From Acidobacteriota bacterium (GTDB lineage: Bacteria > Acidobacteriota > Terriglobia > Terriglobales > SCQP01), in contig JAJYIU010000005.1 of NCBI GenBank assembly GCA_021789895.1, positions 43,239 to 75,238 of the forward strand: a stretch of DNA of 32,000 bases, given 5' to 3'. Positions within the stretch are counted from its first letter, which is position 1. Each line of letters starts with the position of its first letter. Positions 16,644-26,255 of this stretch are shown here, piece after piece. Under the pieces are notes generated by a model that made no database searches, had not been told where the DNA came from, and worked only from the letters and a program-made list of their open reading frames with translations. The position numbers were made by a program, and so were the translations under genes.

Positions 16644-17777
16644 TTAACGCAGCTTGAGCGTGGTCAGCGAAAACATCGCGAAGACCAGCGCCAGAATCCA
16701 GAACCGGGTGATGATCTTCGATTCGCTCCAGCCCAGTTGCTCGAAATGGTGATGCAGCGGCGCCATTTTGAAGATTCGCCGGCGGCGCAGCTTGTAGCTG
16801 CCCACTTGCAGAATCACCGACAGCGCCTCAACCACGAAAATGCCGCCGATGAACGGCAGCAGCAGTTCCTGCTTGATGATCACCGCCATCGTCGCCAGCG
16901 CCCCGCCCAGCGAGAGCGAGCCGACGTCGCCCATGAATATTTCCGCCGGATGCGCGTTGTACCAGAGAAAGCCGATGCAAGCGCCCACCATCGAGCCGCC
17001 GAAGACGGTCAGCTCGCCCACCAGCGGCATGCGCTGCAGTTGCAGGTAGGAGGCGATGATGGCGTGCCCGGAAATGTAGGTCAGCACCGTCAGCGCGCCG
17101 GCGGCAACGATGGTGCAGCCGATCGCCAGCCCGTCGAGCCCGTCGGTTAGGTTCACCGCGTTGCTCGAACCAACCAGCACCAGCACCACGAACCCCAGAA
17201 ACGGCAGAAACGCCGCCACCATCAGTTGCCGGTAGTGCAGCAGCGCGGGAATGCTCAGCTCGGGCCGGAACTGCTTCAGGAAGGGCACCACCAGCCGGGT
17301 GGAATACAGGCCCCAGGCATGCAGCGCCAGCAGCGCCACCGCGATCAGCAGCGCCGCCACGATCTGCAGCATCATCTTCTGCCCCGAGCGCAGCCCCAGA
17401 TTCTGCCGCCGCCGCAGCTTGAGGGTGTCGTCCAGCAGCCCGATGCCGCCAAACGCCACCAGCGCGAAAACTGCCAGCCAGACGAACGGGTTCGACAGAT
17501 CGGCCCACAACAGCGTGGGAATCACGATCGCGATGATGATCAGCACCCCGCCCATGGTCGGCGTGCCGGCCTTCATCTGGTGCGTGCTCGGCCCTTCTTC
17601 CCGGATGTATTGCCCGATCTGGAATTCCCGCAGCCGCTGGATCAGCCAAGGCCCCACCAGCAGCGAGATTGCCAGCGCCGTCAGGCCCGCAAACGCCGTC
17701 CGAAACGTCAGATACCGGAAAAGCCGAAGGGTATGGTTATACGGGTAAAGCTTGAGATACAGGAGCCAATACAGCAT
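16644..17777 (-). CDS. mraY: Phospho-N-acetylmuramoyl-pentapeptide-transferase
   Basis: 377 aa, GPSTHQMKAGTPTMGGVLIIIAI, SSNAVNLTDGLDGLAIG, WYNAHPAEIFMGDVGSLSLGGALA, FKMAPLHHHFEQLGWSESKIITRFWIL. Confidence 0.97.
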   Translation of the reverse strand: MLYWLLYLKLYPYNHTLRLFRYLTFRTAFAGLTALAISLLVGPWLIQRLREFQIGQYIREEGPSTHQMKAGTPTMGGVLIIIAIVIPTLLWADLSNPFVWLAVFALVAFGGIGLLDDTLKLRRRQNLGLRSGQKMMLQIVAALLIAVALLALHAWGLYSTRLVVPFLKQFRPELSIPALLHYRQLMVAAFLPFLGFVVLVLVGSSNAVNLTDGLDGLAIGCTIVAAGALTVLTYISGHAIIASYLQLQRMPLVGELTVFGGSMVGACIGFLWYNAHPAEIFMGDVGSLSLGGALATMAVIIKQELLLPFIGGIFVVEALSVILQVGSYKLRRRRIFKMAPLHHHFEQLGWSESKIITRFWILALVFAMFSLTTLKLR

Positions 17778-17871
17778 GCGCGCGCGCCGTAACCGTCAGC
17801 GAAACCTCCGGAAAACCATGCTGCCGCATTTGGCCTGCGATTACAAGCGCGCCGGGCGTGGCGCCGGAGGT

Positions 17872-18473
<602 letters not shown>

Positions 18474-18477
<4 letters not shown>

Positions 18478-18968
18478 ATGCCGTTCCCCTGTGCCCGCGC
18501 CGCACCGCCGCCGTAAAACTGCTGCAGCGCCTGGCGCAGCGGCTCGAAGCCGGAAAACACCTGCGTGGCGCAGCCCAGCACCCAGCCGCTGGTCCGCTCC
18601 ACCGGCTGTCCCAGCACCATCCACACCGGCAGCCCCCGCCGGTGCGCCAGCGTCAGCTCCGCCTGCGTGCCCGCTCCCCGCGCCGCGTACTCGTCCCAGT
18701 ACGCGATCAGGTAATCGCTGCGCTGCTCGATCCAGTCGAGATCATAAGCGATGATTTTGCGCATCACCGCCTGAAAACGCTCCAGGTCGCTGGTCTTCCA
18801 GCCGCGAAACTGCCGCCGCTCCTCCTCGGTCAGGTTCTTGCGCTCGTCTTGGGCCGGATCGTACACCTCGTGTCCCAGCGATAGCAGAAACGGTGTCAGC
18901 GCGCCGCGCCAGGCGCGCCCGTGATCGGGCGCGTACTCGATCGCCCCCGATAAATAAGCGCGTGGCAT
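18474..18968 (-). CDS. Nucleoside 2-deoxyribosyltransferase-like protein
   Basis: 164 aa, [42 protein letters not shown]...[50 protein letters not shown], a nucleoside-deoxyribosyltransferase-like pattern; ATGA overlap with tdk. Confidence 0.6.
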
Positions 18969-18969
18969 C

Positions 18970-19413
18970 TCAGTCCCGGCCCCCGCGCCGGCCCGGCCGC
19001 GGCCAGACGGCGGTGATGCGGCTGCTCAACCCCCCGCGCGGGCGAAACTCGCCCTCTACCCGCGCCCAGACCGGACGGCAGCTCCGCACCAGGTCCTCCA
19101 GCACCCGGTTGACCGCGTTCTCGTAAAAAATGCCCAGGTTGCGGTAGGCCAGCAGGTATTCTTTCAGCGATTTCAGCTCCACGCATTCCCGGCCGGGCAT
19201 GTAGGTGATCGTCAGCGTGGCGAAATCCGGCAGCCCGGTCTTGGGGCAGACGGAAGTGTACTCCGGAACCTCTATGCGGATTTCATAGCCGTGATACTGG
19301 TTGGGCCAGGTTTCCAGCGCCGGCAGCGGAGCTTTCAGCCCGGCCCGGGCGTGCTCCTCGCTGTAGCCGTGCGCGCTGGCCTTGGACATGCTCCCCAGCA
19401 TAGCAGCAGCCAT
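18970..19413 (-). CDS. queF: NADPH-dependent 7-cyano-7-deazaguanine reductase (start uncertain: ATG 19413, 19401 or 19389, or TTG 19425)
   Basis: EYTSVCPKTGLPDFATLTITYMPGRECVELKSLKEYLLAYRNLGIFYENAVNRVLEDLVRSCRPVWARVEGEFRPRGGLSSRI. Confidence 0.93.
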   Translation of the reverse strand: MAAAMLGSMSKASAHGYSEEHARAGLKAPLPALETWPNQYHGYEIRIEVPEYTSVCPKTGLPDFATLTITYMPGRECVELKSLKEYLLAYRNLGIFYENAVNRVLEDLVRSCRPVWARVEGEFRPRGGLSSRITAVWPRPGRRGGRD

Positions 19414-19429
19414 CGCTCCGGCCAAACCG

Positions 19430-20311
19430 CTAGGCTGCCCGCGTCGGCTGTGGCGCCGCCTCGCGCGCGCGTGTCTTCGGCTGCAGTTGAATGCCGCGCG
19501 CCTTCAGCATCTCCGAATGCACTTCGGCGCCCACCAATATCGCCAGCGCGGCGAAATAAAACCACAGCATCAGCGCGATCACCGCCCCCAGCGAGCCGTA
19601 AAACACCGAGTAGTTGCTCAAATGATTGATGTAGAACGCCAGCCCTGCCGAGATCAGTCCCCAGATGATCAGCGCCGTCACCGCCGCCGGCAGCAGGCTC
19701 ACCTGCGTGCGCCCGACGTTGGGCGCGAAGCGGTAAAGCAGCAGCACCGCCAGTACCAGGCAGACGCCGATCAGTCCCCACTGCAGCAGCGGCCAGAGCA
19801 GCCGCAGCAGCAGCCCCGGGTGAGTTCCCGTGAACAGGAGCAGCAGTTTTTTGCCCAGCAGCAGCGCCGCCAGGGCAATGGCCATAAAGATGCCCGCGCT
19901 GCTGGCCAGCCCCAGCGAGAGCAGCAGCCGCTTCCAGTAAGGACGCGTCTCTTTGATCTCGTAGGCGACGTCCAGCGCCCAGGTCAGCCCTGAAAACCCC
20001 TGCGAGGCGGTATACATCAATAAAAGCGTGCTCACGCTCAAGAGCGTGGAATGCTGTGTCTGCACCAGGTGCCAGAGCTGATCGGCGACCAGTTGCGCCG
20101 CATTCCAGGGCAGCGCGCGGCCGAGATATTGGATCGCATTCTGCGCCAGCCAGCGCGCGTGGAAAGCGCCCAGCAGCGCGGCCAGGAGCAGCATGAGTGG
20201 AAAAAGCGAAAACAGGAAGTAATAGCTGAGCGCCGCCGCCCAATCCAGCAGATCGTCGGCCATGGATTCCTGCAGCACTTTTTTTGCCAGCTGCAGTCTG
20301 CCCATCTTCAA
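19430..20311 (-). CDS. YihY/virulence factor BrkB family membrane protein
   Basis: 293 aa, DDLLDWAAALSYYFLFSLFPLMLLLAALLG...SLLLMYTASQGFSGLTWALDVAYEIKETRPYWKRLLLSLGLA...NYSVFYGSLGAVIALMLWFYFAALAILVGAEVHSEM. Confidence 0.92.
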   Translation of the reverse strand: MKMGRLQLAKKVLQESMADDLLDWAAALSYYFLFSLFPLMLLLAALLGAFHARWLAQNAIQYLGRALPWNAAQLVADQLWHLVQTQHSTLLSVSTLLLMYTASQGFSGLTWALDVAYEIKETRPYWKRLLLSLGLASSAGIFMAIALAALLLGKKLLLLFTGTHPGLLLRLLWPLLQWGLIGVCLVLAVLLLYRFAPNVGRTQVSLLPAAVTALIIWGLISAGLAFYINHLSNYSVFYGSLGAVIALMLWFYFAALAILVGAEVHSEMLKARGIQLQPKTRAREAAPQPTRAA

Positions 20312-20391
20312 GCAGATGGGGTAAAAAGAGCGTCAGGTGGTCTCGGTCCGGCCATCTTGGCTGCGCCTCGCCGGCGCGCCGGAAATTTCCA

Positions 20392-20943
20392 TTACGGGCG
20401 CGCCCGCCGGGCAGGATGCTGTGTCCTGCCGGCCAGCAGCTCGAGCGCGTGCGGCAGCAGCGGCCCGATCGCCTGCAGGCATTCTTTCACCGCCCGCGGG
20501 CTCCCTGGCAGATTGACGATCAGGCAGCGCCCGCGCACCCCGGCCGTCCCCCGGCTCAGCCATGCCAGCGGCGTTTTGCGCGCCGTGGCCGCGCGCATGT
20601 GCTCCGCCAGCCCCGGCGCCAGCCGGTCGCAGACCGCAAGCGTGGCTTCCGGAGTAATGTCGCGCGCTGCCAGGCCTGTTCCGCCCGTGGTCACCAGCAG
20701 CTCGACTGCGCCCGCGAGCCGCGACAATGCCCGGCGAATCCTGGCCGCTTCGTCCGGCGCCGCTTCGCTGGCCGCGACCTTCGCCCCCGCCGCCCGCAGC
20801 CAGGCTGCCGCGGCCGGGCCGGAAAGGTCGGCTCGCGTCCCTGCCGCTACGCCATCGCTGACCGTCAACACCGCCGCCCGCGTGCCCGGCGGCAGCCGCG
20901 GCGTTCGCGCCCGGCGCCGGCTCGCGCTTGCTCGTGCGCTCAT
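20392..20943 (-). CDS. mog: MogA/MoaB family molybdenum cofactor biosynthesis protein
   Basis: 183 aa, [31 protein letters not shown]...[37 protein letters not shown]...[22 protein letters not shown]. Confidence 0.88.
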   Translation of the reverse strand: MSARASASRRRARTPRLPPGTRAAVLTVSDGVAAGTRADLSGPAAAAWLRAAGAKVAASEAAPDEAARIRRALSRLAGAVELLVTTGGTGLAARDITPEATLAVCDRLAPGLAEHMRAATARKTPLAWLSRGTAGVRGRCLIVNLPGSPRAVKECLQAIGPLLPHALELLAGRTQHPARRARP

Positions 20944-21473
20944 TTCCCCCGCCCTGGCCCGCGGCGGCGCCAGTGGCCGCTCTTGCCGCCGCTTTTTTCC
21001 ACTAAGCGCAGCCGCTCGATCTGCATCCCCGGCGCGGTCGCCTTCAGCATGTCGTACACCGTCAGCGCGGCGGCGCTGGCTGCCACCAGCGCCTCCATTT
21101 CCACTCCCGTCACCGCCGTCGCCGCCGCCGTCGCGATAATCTCCAGCCCCTCCCGACGCCGTCGGAACTCGATCGCCACATGCTCCAGCGGCAGCGCATG
21201 GCAGAGCGGCACCAGCTCCGGCGTGCGCTTCGCCGCCTGTATGCCGGCTATCCTCGCAACCTCCAACGGATCCCCCTTGGGATTACGCGGCATCTCCTTC
21301 CATACCCGCGCCGGAAATTTCAGCCGCGCCTCCGCCCTCGCCACCCGCCGCGTCGGCGCCTTCCCGCCCACGTCCACCATCCGTACTTCCCCGCCGCGCC
21401 AATAATGCGTTAGCTGTTTCACGGCTGTTATTGTAGCTTGCGGCGCCCTGCCGCCGTCAGCCGCCGGCGTCAT
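20940..21473 (-). CDS. moaC: Cyclic pyranopterin monophosphate synthase
   Basis: 177 aa, [23 protein letters not shown]...[39 protein letters not shown]...[24 protein letters not shown]; ATGA overlap with mog. Confidence 0.95.
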   Translation of the reverse strand: MTPAADGGRAPQATITAVKQLTHYWRGGEVRMVDVGGKAPTRRVARAEARLKFPARVWKEMPRNPKGDPLEVARIAGIQAAKRTPELVPLCHALPLEHVAIEFRRRREGLEIIATAAATAVTGVEMEALVAASAAALTVYDMLKATAPGMQIERLRLVEKSGGKSGHWRRRGPGRGK

Positions 21474-21592
21474 TCCGTCCGTCGCCGCGATTCATCCCGG
21501 CTCAACTCTGGCTTTCAGCCTCTGGATGCTTTCAGCCTGCGCCTCTGGCCTTCGGCTTTCCGCCGGCGCGGATTTCTTCTACACTTATCGCC

Positions 21593-23494
21593 ATGCCGCG
21601 ACCTGTCTTCCGCCTCTCCGGCGCCCGCCCATGGCTCGTGATTGCCCTCTGCGCGCCCTGGCTGTGGTCCATTTCTGCCGCCGCGCAGGCATCCTCCGCC
21701 GCGCCCCCATGGAAACCCTGGCATCCCGATTTCCGCCATTGGTTCCGGCGCGAGGCGGTGTACATTCCCATGCGCGACGGCGTCAGGCTGTACACCGAAA
21801 TCTATATCCCCATCAACCGCCCCGGCCCGTTTCCCATCCTGCTCAATCGCACCCCTTACGGCGTCACCGACAACCGGCAGGGCTTCTGCCGCTCGCTCCG
21901 CCTCTACCGCGCCCTGGCGCGCGATGGCTACATCTTCGCCTTTCAGGATATCCGCGGGCGCTTTCGTTCCGGCGGCCATTTCATCATGAACCGCCCGCCC
22001 CGCGCCGCCGGCGAGCGAACCGACGAAAGCACCGACGCCTACGACACCATCCAATGGCTCGTCCGCCACGTCCCCGGCAATAACGAGCGCGCCGGCATCT
22101 TTGGCATCTCCTATGGCGGCTGGCTCAGCGCCATGGCCCTGCTCGATCCGCCGCCCGCGCTCAAGGCTGTTTCCGAGCAAGCTTCGCCCGGCGACATGTT
22201 TTTGGGCGACGACTTTCACCATAACGGCGCCTTCCGCCTCAGCTACGGGTTCGAATACGCGGCGATGATGGAAACCAATAAGACCAATTTCCATTTCCGG
22301 TTCAACCGCTACGACACCTTCGAATGGTATTGGCGCCTCGGCCCGCTCGCGAACGTCAACCGCTTATTCCTGCACGGCTCGCTGCCTTCCTGGAACCATT
22401 TCGTCGAGCACCCCAACTACGACGCCTTTTGGAAAACCCAGGCCATCTGGCGCTACCTGCAGCGCTTGCCGCGCGTTCCGGTGCCGACCCTCAACGTCGC
22501 CGGTTGGTGGGACCAGGAAGATTTCTATGGCCCGCAAAAAATCTATTCCACCCTTGAGCGGCTCCCCGGCCATAACCGCAATTTCCTCGTCGTCGGACCG
22601 TGGAACCATGGCGGCTGGGCCGCCGGCCCCGGCGATCATCTCGGCCCCGTTCGCTTCCATAGCAGCACCGGCGCGTATTTCCGCGAGCGCATTGAAGCCC
22701 CCTGGTTTGCCTATTGGCTGAAAGGACGCGGCCGGCTGCCCTTCCCTAAGGCCGCCGCCTTTGAAACCGGCCTCAATCGCTGGCGCCGTTATTCCGCCTG
22801 GCCGCCGCGGCGTTCCCGCGTCCGCCGCCTCTATCTGCGCGCCGGCATGCGGCTCAGCTTTTCCCCGCCCGCCGCCGCCTCCGCCTTCGATCGCTACTTG
22901 AGCAATCCGCAAACCCCGGTCCCCTATTACCCGCGCCCGATTCGCCCTACTTATCCCGGGCCGAAGTGGCCGGTCTGGCTGGTGCGCGACCAGCGCTTTG
23001 CCAATCTCCGCCCCGATGTGCTGAGCTGGGAAACTCCCGCGCTCTCCCATCCGCTCGCCATCGCCGGCGATATTCGCGCCCATCTCTTCGCCTCCACCAG
23101 CGGCAGCGATAGCGATTGGGTGGTCAAGCTGATTGACGTCTATCCCCAGCGCCTCCCCGCCCATCCCGCCATGGGCGGATACGAGCTGATGATCGCCGAT
23201 GAAATCTTCCGCGGCCGCTTTCTCCACAGCTTCCGCCATCCCCAGCCGCTCGTTCCCGGACGCATCAATCGGTTCGTTATCGATCTCCATGGCAACGATC
23301 ATGTCTTCCTGCCCGGCCATCGCATCATGGTCCAGGTGCAGAGCACGCTGTTCCCGCTCTACGACCGCAATCCGCAAAAGTTCGTGCCCAATATCTTTCT
23401 CGCCCGTCCGCAGGATTTCATCACCGCCCGGCAAAAGATCTGGCGTAGCCGCCGCCACGCCTCTTATATCGAACTGCCGGTCGCGGCGCAGTGA
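21593..23494 (+). CDS. CocE/NonD family hydrolase (X-Pro dipeptidyl-peptidase-like), secreted
   Basis: 633 aa, signal peptide then EAVYIPMRDGVRLYTEIYIPINRPGPFPILLNRTPYG...DGYIFAFQDIRGRFRSGG...DTIQWLVRHVPGNNERAGIFGISYGGWLSAMALLDPPPALKAV...LNVAGWWDQEDFYG. Confidence 0.92.
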   Translation: MPRPVFRLSGARPWLVIALCAPWLWSISAAAQASSAAPPWKPWHPDFRHWFRREAVYIPMRDGVRLYTEIYIPINRPGPFPILLNRTPYGVTDNRQGFCRSLRLYRALARDGYIFAFQDIRGRFRSGGHFIMNRPPRAAGERTDESTDAYDTIQWLVRHVPGNNERAGIFGISYGGWLSAMALLDPPPALKAVSEQASPGDMFLGDDFHHNGAFRLSYGFEYAAMMETNKTNFHFRFNRYDTFEWYWRLGPLANVNRLFLHGSLPSWNHFVEHPNYDAFWKTQAIWRYLQRLPRVPVPTLNVAGWWDQEDFYGPQKIYSTLERLPGHNRNFLVVGPWNHGGWAAGPGDHLGPVRFHSSTGAYFRERIEAPWFAYWLKGRGRLPFPKAAAFETGLNRWRRYSAWPPRRSRVRRLYLRAGMRLSFSPPAAASAFDRYLSNPQTPVPYYPRPIRPTYPGPKWPVWLVRDQRFANLRPDVLSWETPALSHPLAIAGDIRAHLFASTSGSDSDWVVKLIDVYPQRLPAHPAMGGYELMIADEIFRGRFLHSFRHPQPLVPGRINRFVIDLHGNDHVFLPGHRIMVQVQSTLFPLYDRNPQKFVPNIFLARPQDFITARQKIWRSRRHASYIELPVAAQ

Positions 23495-23543
23495 TGGCGC
23501 TCTCCTGTTGGTCTATGGCTCTCTTCACCCGGTAAAAACACGA

Positions 23544-23571
23544 CGGGGCGGGCAATCGCTTGCCCGCCCCG
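23544..23571 (-). terminator. Strong perfect hairpin between convergent genes, possible terminator
   Basis: CGGGGCGGGCAA (23544-23555) / TTGCCCGCCCCG (23560-23571), 12 bp perfect, loop TCGC; followed on the minus strand by TCGTGTTTTTACC. Confidence 0.6.
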
Positions 23572-23603
23572 CGTGCACGGCTGCTTGCGCCCCAAGCCTG
23601 CGC

Positions 23604-24443
23604 TTAGTGGCTGGCTTGCGCCGAAGTGCTCGATGCGGCCGAAGCCGACGCCGGACCGGTAACCAGCACCATATTCGTGCCCGAGTTCAATACCAGGTTG
23701 CCGTGCGGCGCCACCAGCAGCGACGACTGCGAGTTGCCCTCGGCCCGGACCGGCAGCACGTGAAACGCCGCCCCATTCGAGGCCCGTAGCATCCCGCCGG
23801 TCATCGCGGAGGTTTGCGCCCCCAACCCGGCGCCAACGTTGCCCGCAATTTGCGTGCCGGAATTCACCGCGCCGCCCAGCGCCCCGCCGGCGCCGCCTAC
23901 CAGCCCGCCGCCGGCGCTCATCGCGCCGCCGCCGCCCACGCCCATCGGCTGCGCCATCGGCGGAGGCGTGAACCCGGCCTGCATCTCCGAGCTGCCCGCC
24001 AATACCTGCATAATGCTGGCGTGAATCGGAATCCGCCGGCCCTGGCGCGTAACCGCTTCGCTGAACAGCACTCCCAGCGACGAGCGTGCATGGCTGTTCG
24101 CCGCCGCCTGGACTTGCGTGATCCGCCCGTACAGTCGCGTTCCCTTCGGCAGCACCACCCGCCCCTGGCTCTTCACCGAGCTGGTCGTCACCGCCTGCAC
24201 CTGCTGGCCGACGCGCGCATGCCGCGTGTCCAGGCGCGATTTCAACTTGGCTTGAATCTTCGTCTGGCTGGAAAGGCTCCAGCCGGCCGCCGCGGGCGCT
24301 GCTCCATTATTGGAAGCCGGCGATGCCGATCCGGTATTGCCGTGCTGCGACGGCCGCGGGGGATGGTTCGGGGGCGTGGATTGCGCCAGGCCCAGGAATG
24401 GCAGCCCTAATATTAAACTGGCCAACACGAGTTTGTTTTTCAT
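23604..24443 (-). CDS. Secreted hypothetical protein with Gly-rich C-terminal part
   Basis: MKNKLVLASLILGLPFLGLAQ signal peptide; LKSRLDTRHARVGQQVQAVTTSSVKSQGRVVLPKGTRLYGRITQVQAA...; GGGGAMSAGGGLVGGAGGALGGAVNSG. Start reassigned from 24581. Confidence 0.75.
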   Translation of the reverse strand: MKNKLVLASLILGLPFLGLAQSTPPNHPPRPSQHGNTGSASPASNNGAAPAAAGWSLSSQTKIQAKLKSRLDTRHARVGQQVQAVTTSSVKSQGRVVLPKGTRLYGRITQVQAAANSHARSSLGVLFSEAVTRQGRRIPIHASIMQVLAGSSEMQAGFTPPPMAQPMGVGGGGAMSAGGGLVGGAGGALGGAVNSGTQIAGNVGAGLGAQTSAMTGGMLRASNGAAFHVLPVRAEGNSQSSLLVAPHGNLVLNSGTNMVLVTGPASASAASSTSAQASH

Positions 24444-24694
24444 GCTTCTGAGTCCTCCGTAAAAGCCCAGCCGGCATTTCAATATGCAAATAGTTTGCCA
24501 TCCTAAGCCAAAAGTTAAACCCTTCAAAATCAAGGAGTTGCCAAGATTTGCCGCCCGCAGTGCATAGTTATGTCCTGGCATGTCTGACGCTTCACAGTCA
24601 TAGCACTATGCAATTTCATCCTCGCTTAAGCTTGGCCCCCATCCTTCCCGCCACGCCGCTTCGCATCCTTTCCCGCGCAAGGTAAAATCTGTCT

Positions 24695-25318
24695 ATGCCT
24701 GCTTTAAAACCGTTCCGGGCAGCCGGCTTGGCTGCGCTTGCGTTCCTCTTCACCTTTGCTGCCGGGGCCGCGCGCCCCGCCGCTACCCGGCCCCTGCCCG
24801 CGCGTCCCCCGCTCGGCAATCCCCATGCCCGGGTCAAGGTCTATATCTTTGAGGACCTCGAATGCCCGGATTGCGCCTTGTGGCATAAATATCTGCGATC
24901 CACCATCCTGCCCCGCTACGGCAGCCGGGTGGCATTTTATCTGCGCGACTATCCCCTGCCACAACATAACTGGTCCTACAACGCTGCCGTGCTGGAACGC
25001 TTCTTCGCCGCGCATAACTCCCGCCTGTACTTTGCCTGGATTGATTATTGTTACGATCATCAGGCCGAAATCACCCCCGAAAACCTGATGAACCGCGCTG
25101 CTGCCCTCGCCGCCCCTTACGGCTTGACTCTGGACCGGTTGCAGCAAGCGTTTTCCAATGAACGCTACTTTCAGGCGGTGCAAAAAGACCAGTCTTTAGG
25201 CAACCGGATCGGGATTGATCACACCCCAACCATCTTTCTCGATCGGCCGGGTGGTGCGCAGGTCACTACCTTCGCCCAGTTCCAGCAAGCGCTCGCCCGC
25301 CAACTGCATGCGCGCTAG
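24695..25318 (+). CDS. DsbA-like / thioredoxin-fold secreted protein
   Basis: 207 aa, signal peptide, VKVYIFEDLECPDCALWHKYLRSTILPRYGSRVAFYLRDYPLPQHNWSYNAA...GIDHTPTIFLDRPGGAQ; CPDC motif. Confidence 0.87.
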   Translation: MPALKPFRAAGLAALAFLFTFAAGAARPAATRPLPARPPLGNPHARVKVYIFEDLECPDCALWHKYLRSTILPRYGSRVAFYLRDYPLPQHNWSYNAAVLERFFAAHNSRLYFAWIDYCYDHQAEITPENLMNRAAALAAPYGLTLDRLQQAFSNERYFQAVQKDQSLGNRIGIDHTPTIFLDRPGGAQVTTFAQFQQALARQLHAR

Positions 25319-25528
25319 CCTCCTCCCGGCTTGGGAGTGAGTGCTGATTTGAAACCGGGGCATTTTCCACGGTGTCGGTGTGGGCCGGTGCGGTTCCGGA
25401 ATTGTAAAAGATGGGTGACTCGCGCGCCGTCTGTTCCTTCTAACTCAGCATTGGGCTAGGCAACCAGGCACCCGCGCCCGGCGCGACGGCCGGCCAGCTC
25501 AGGCGGAACACAGAAAGAACCTCAGGCT

Positions 25529-26224
25529 ATGCGGGAAAATTCCAAATTGCGCAGCGCCGTCCTCGATACCCTATGGAATAACCCAGTCATCGGGATGGCT
25601 ATCTACGATGGCGAAACCGGCGTCTTGAAAGACGCCAACGCCGCCTTTCTCGACCTGCTCGACAGCCGCTTTCGCACCAAAAAAACCCTCGGCCTGCCCA
25701 TCGAACAGTGCCTGCCGGAAATGGATTTGAGCGGGTTGAAGGATATCTTTCATCGCACCCTGAGCTCCAATCTCCCCTTCCACTCCGACCTGATCCGCTT
25801 GAATCGCCCGCAGATGGGCCCAATCCAGATCGCGATGACGGTGCTCGCTCTCAACCTCGACGCCGGCAGCCCTCGCTACCTCTTGATGGTCGCCTCCGAA
25901 CGCAAGCCCGGCCCCGCTTTGCCCCAGTTCTGGAACATCCTCGATAACCAAACACGCCATCTCCTGGCCCGCCACTTCCACCTCAGCGCCCGCGAGCTCG
26001 ATATCATCGCCGAGTGCCTGCAGGGTAAAAAAAATCGCCAGATCGCCGACGATCTCCACATCGGCATCTCCACCGTCAAACGCCACCTGGAAAGCGCCTA
26101 CCGCAAAATGGGCATTACCAGCTCACGTTCGCTGCCGCTCTCCATCCTGGCCGTGCTGCAGCAGATGGCCCCTGCCCCCGCCGAACTCACCGTCATGCCC
26201 AACAGCAACTCGCAAGTGGCCTGA
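25529..26224 (+). CDS. PAS-like domain plus LuxR-type HTH transcriptional regulator
   Basis: 231 aa, NPVIGMAIYDGETGVLKDANAAFLDLLDS (PAS-like); LSARELDIIAECLQGKKNRQIADDLHIGISTVKRHLESAYRKMGITSS (LuxR HTH). Confidence 0.88.
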   Translation: MRENSKLRSAVLDTLWNNPVIGMAIYDGETGVLKDANAAFLDLLDSRFRTKKTLGLPIEQCLPEMDLSGLKDIFHRTLSSNLPFHSDLIRLNRPQMGPIQIAMTVLALNLDAGSPRYLLMVASERKPGPALPQFWNILDNQTRHLLARHFHLSARELDIIAECLQGKKNRQIADDLHIGISTVKRHLESAYRKMGITSSRSLPLSILAVLQQMAPAPAELTVMPNSNSQVA

Positions 26225-26255
26225 TCCCCCGCTGGCCGCCCCCGGCGTTTCCCGC

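Noticed and set aside
20051-21139. 362-aa plus-strand ORF
   Set aside because: Antisense to BrkB, mog and moaC genes, all of which have recognisable family motifs.
22364-23458. 364-aa minus-strand ORF
   Set aside because: Antisense to the CocE/NonD hydrolase; composition typical of codon-position shadowing.
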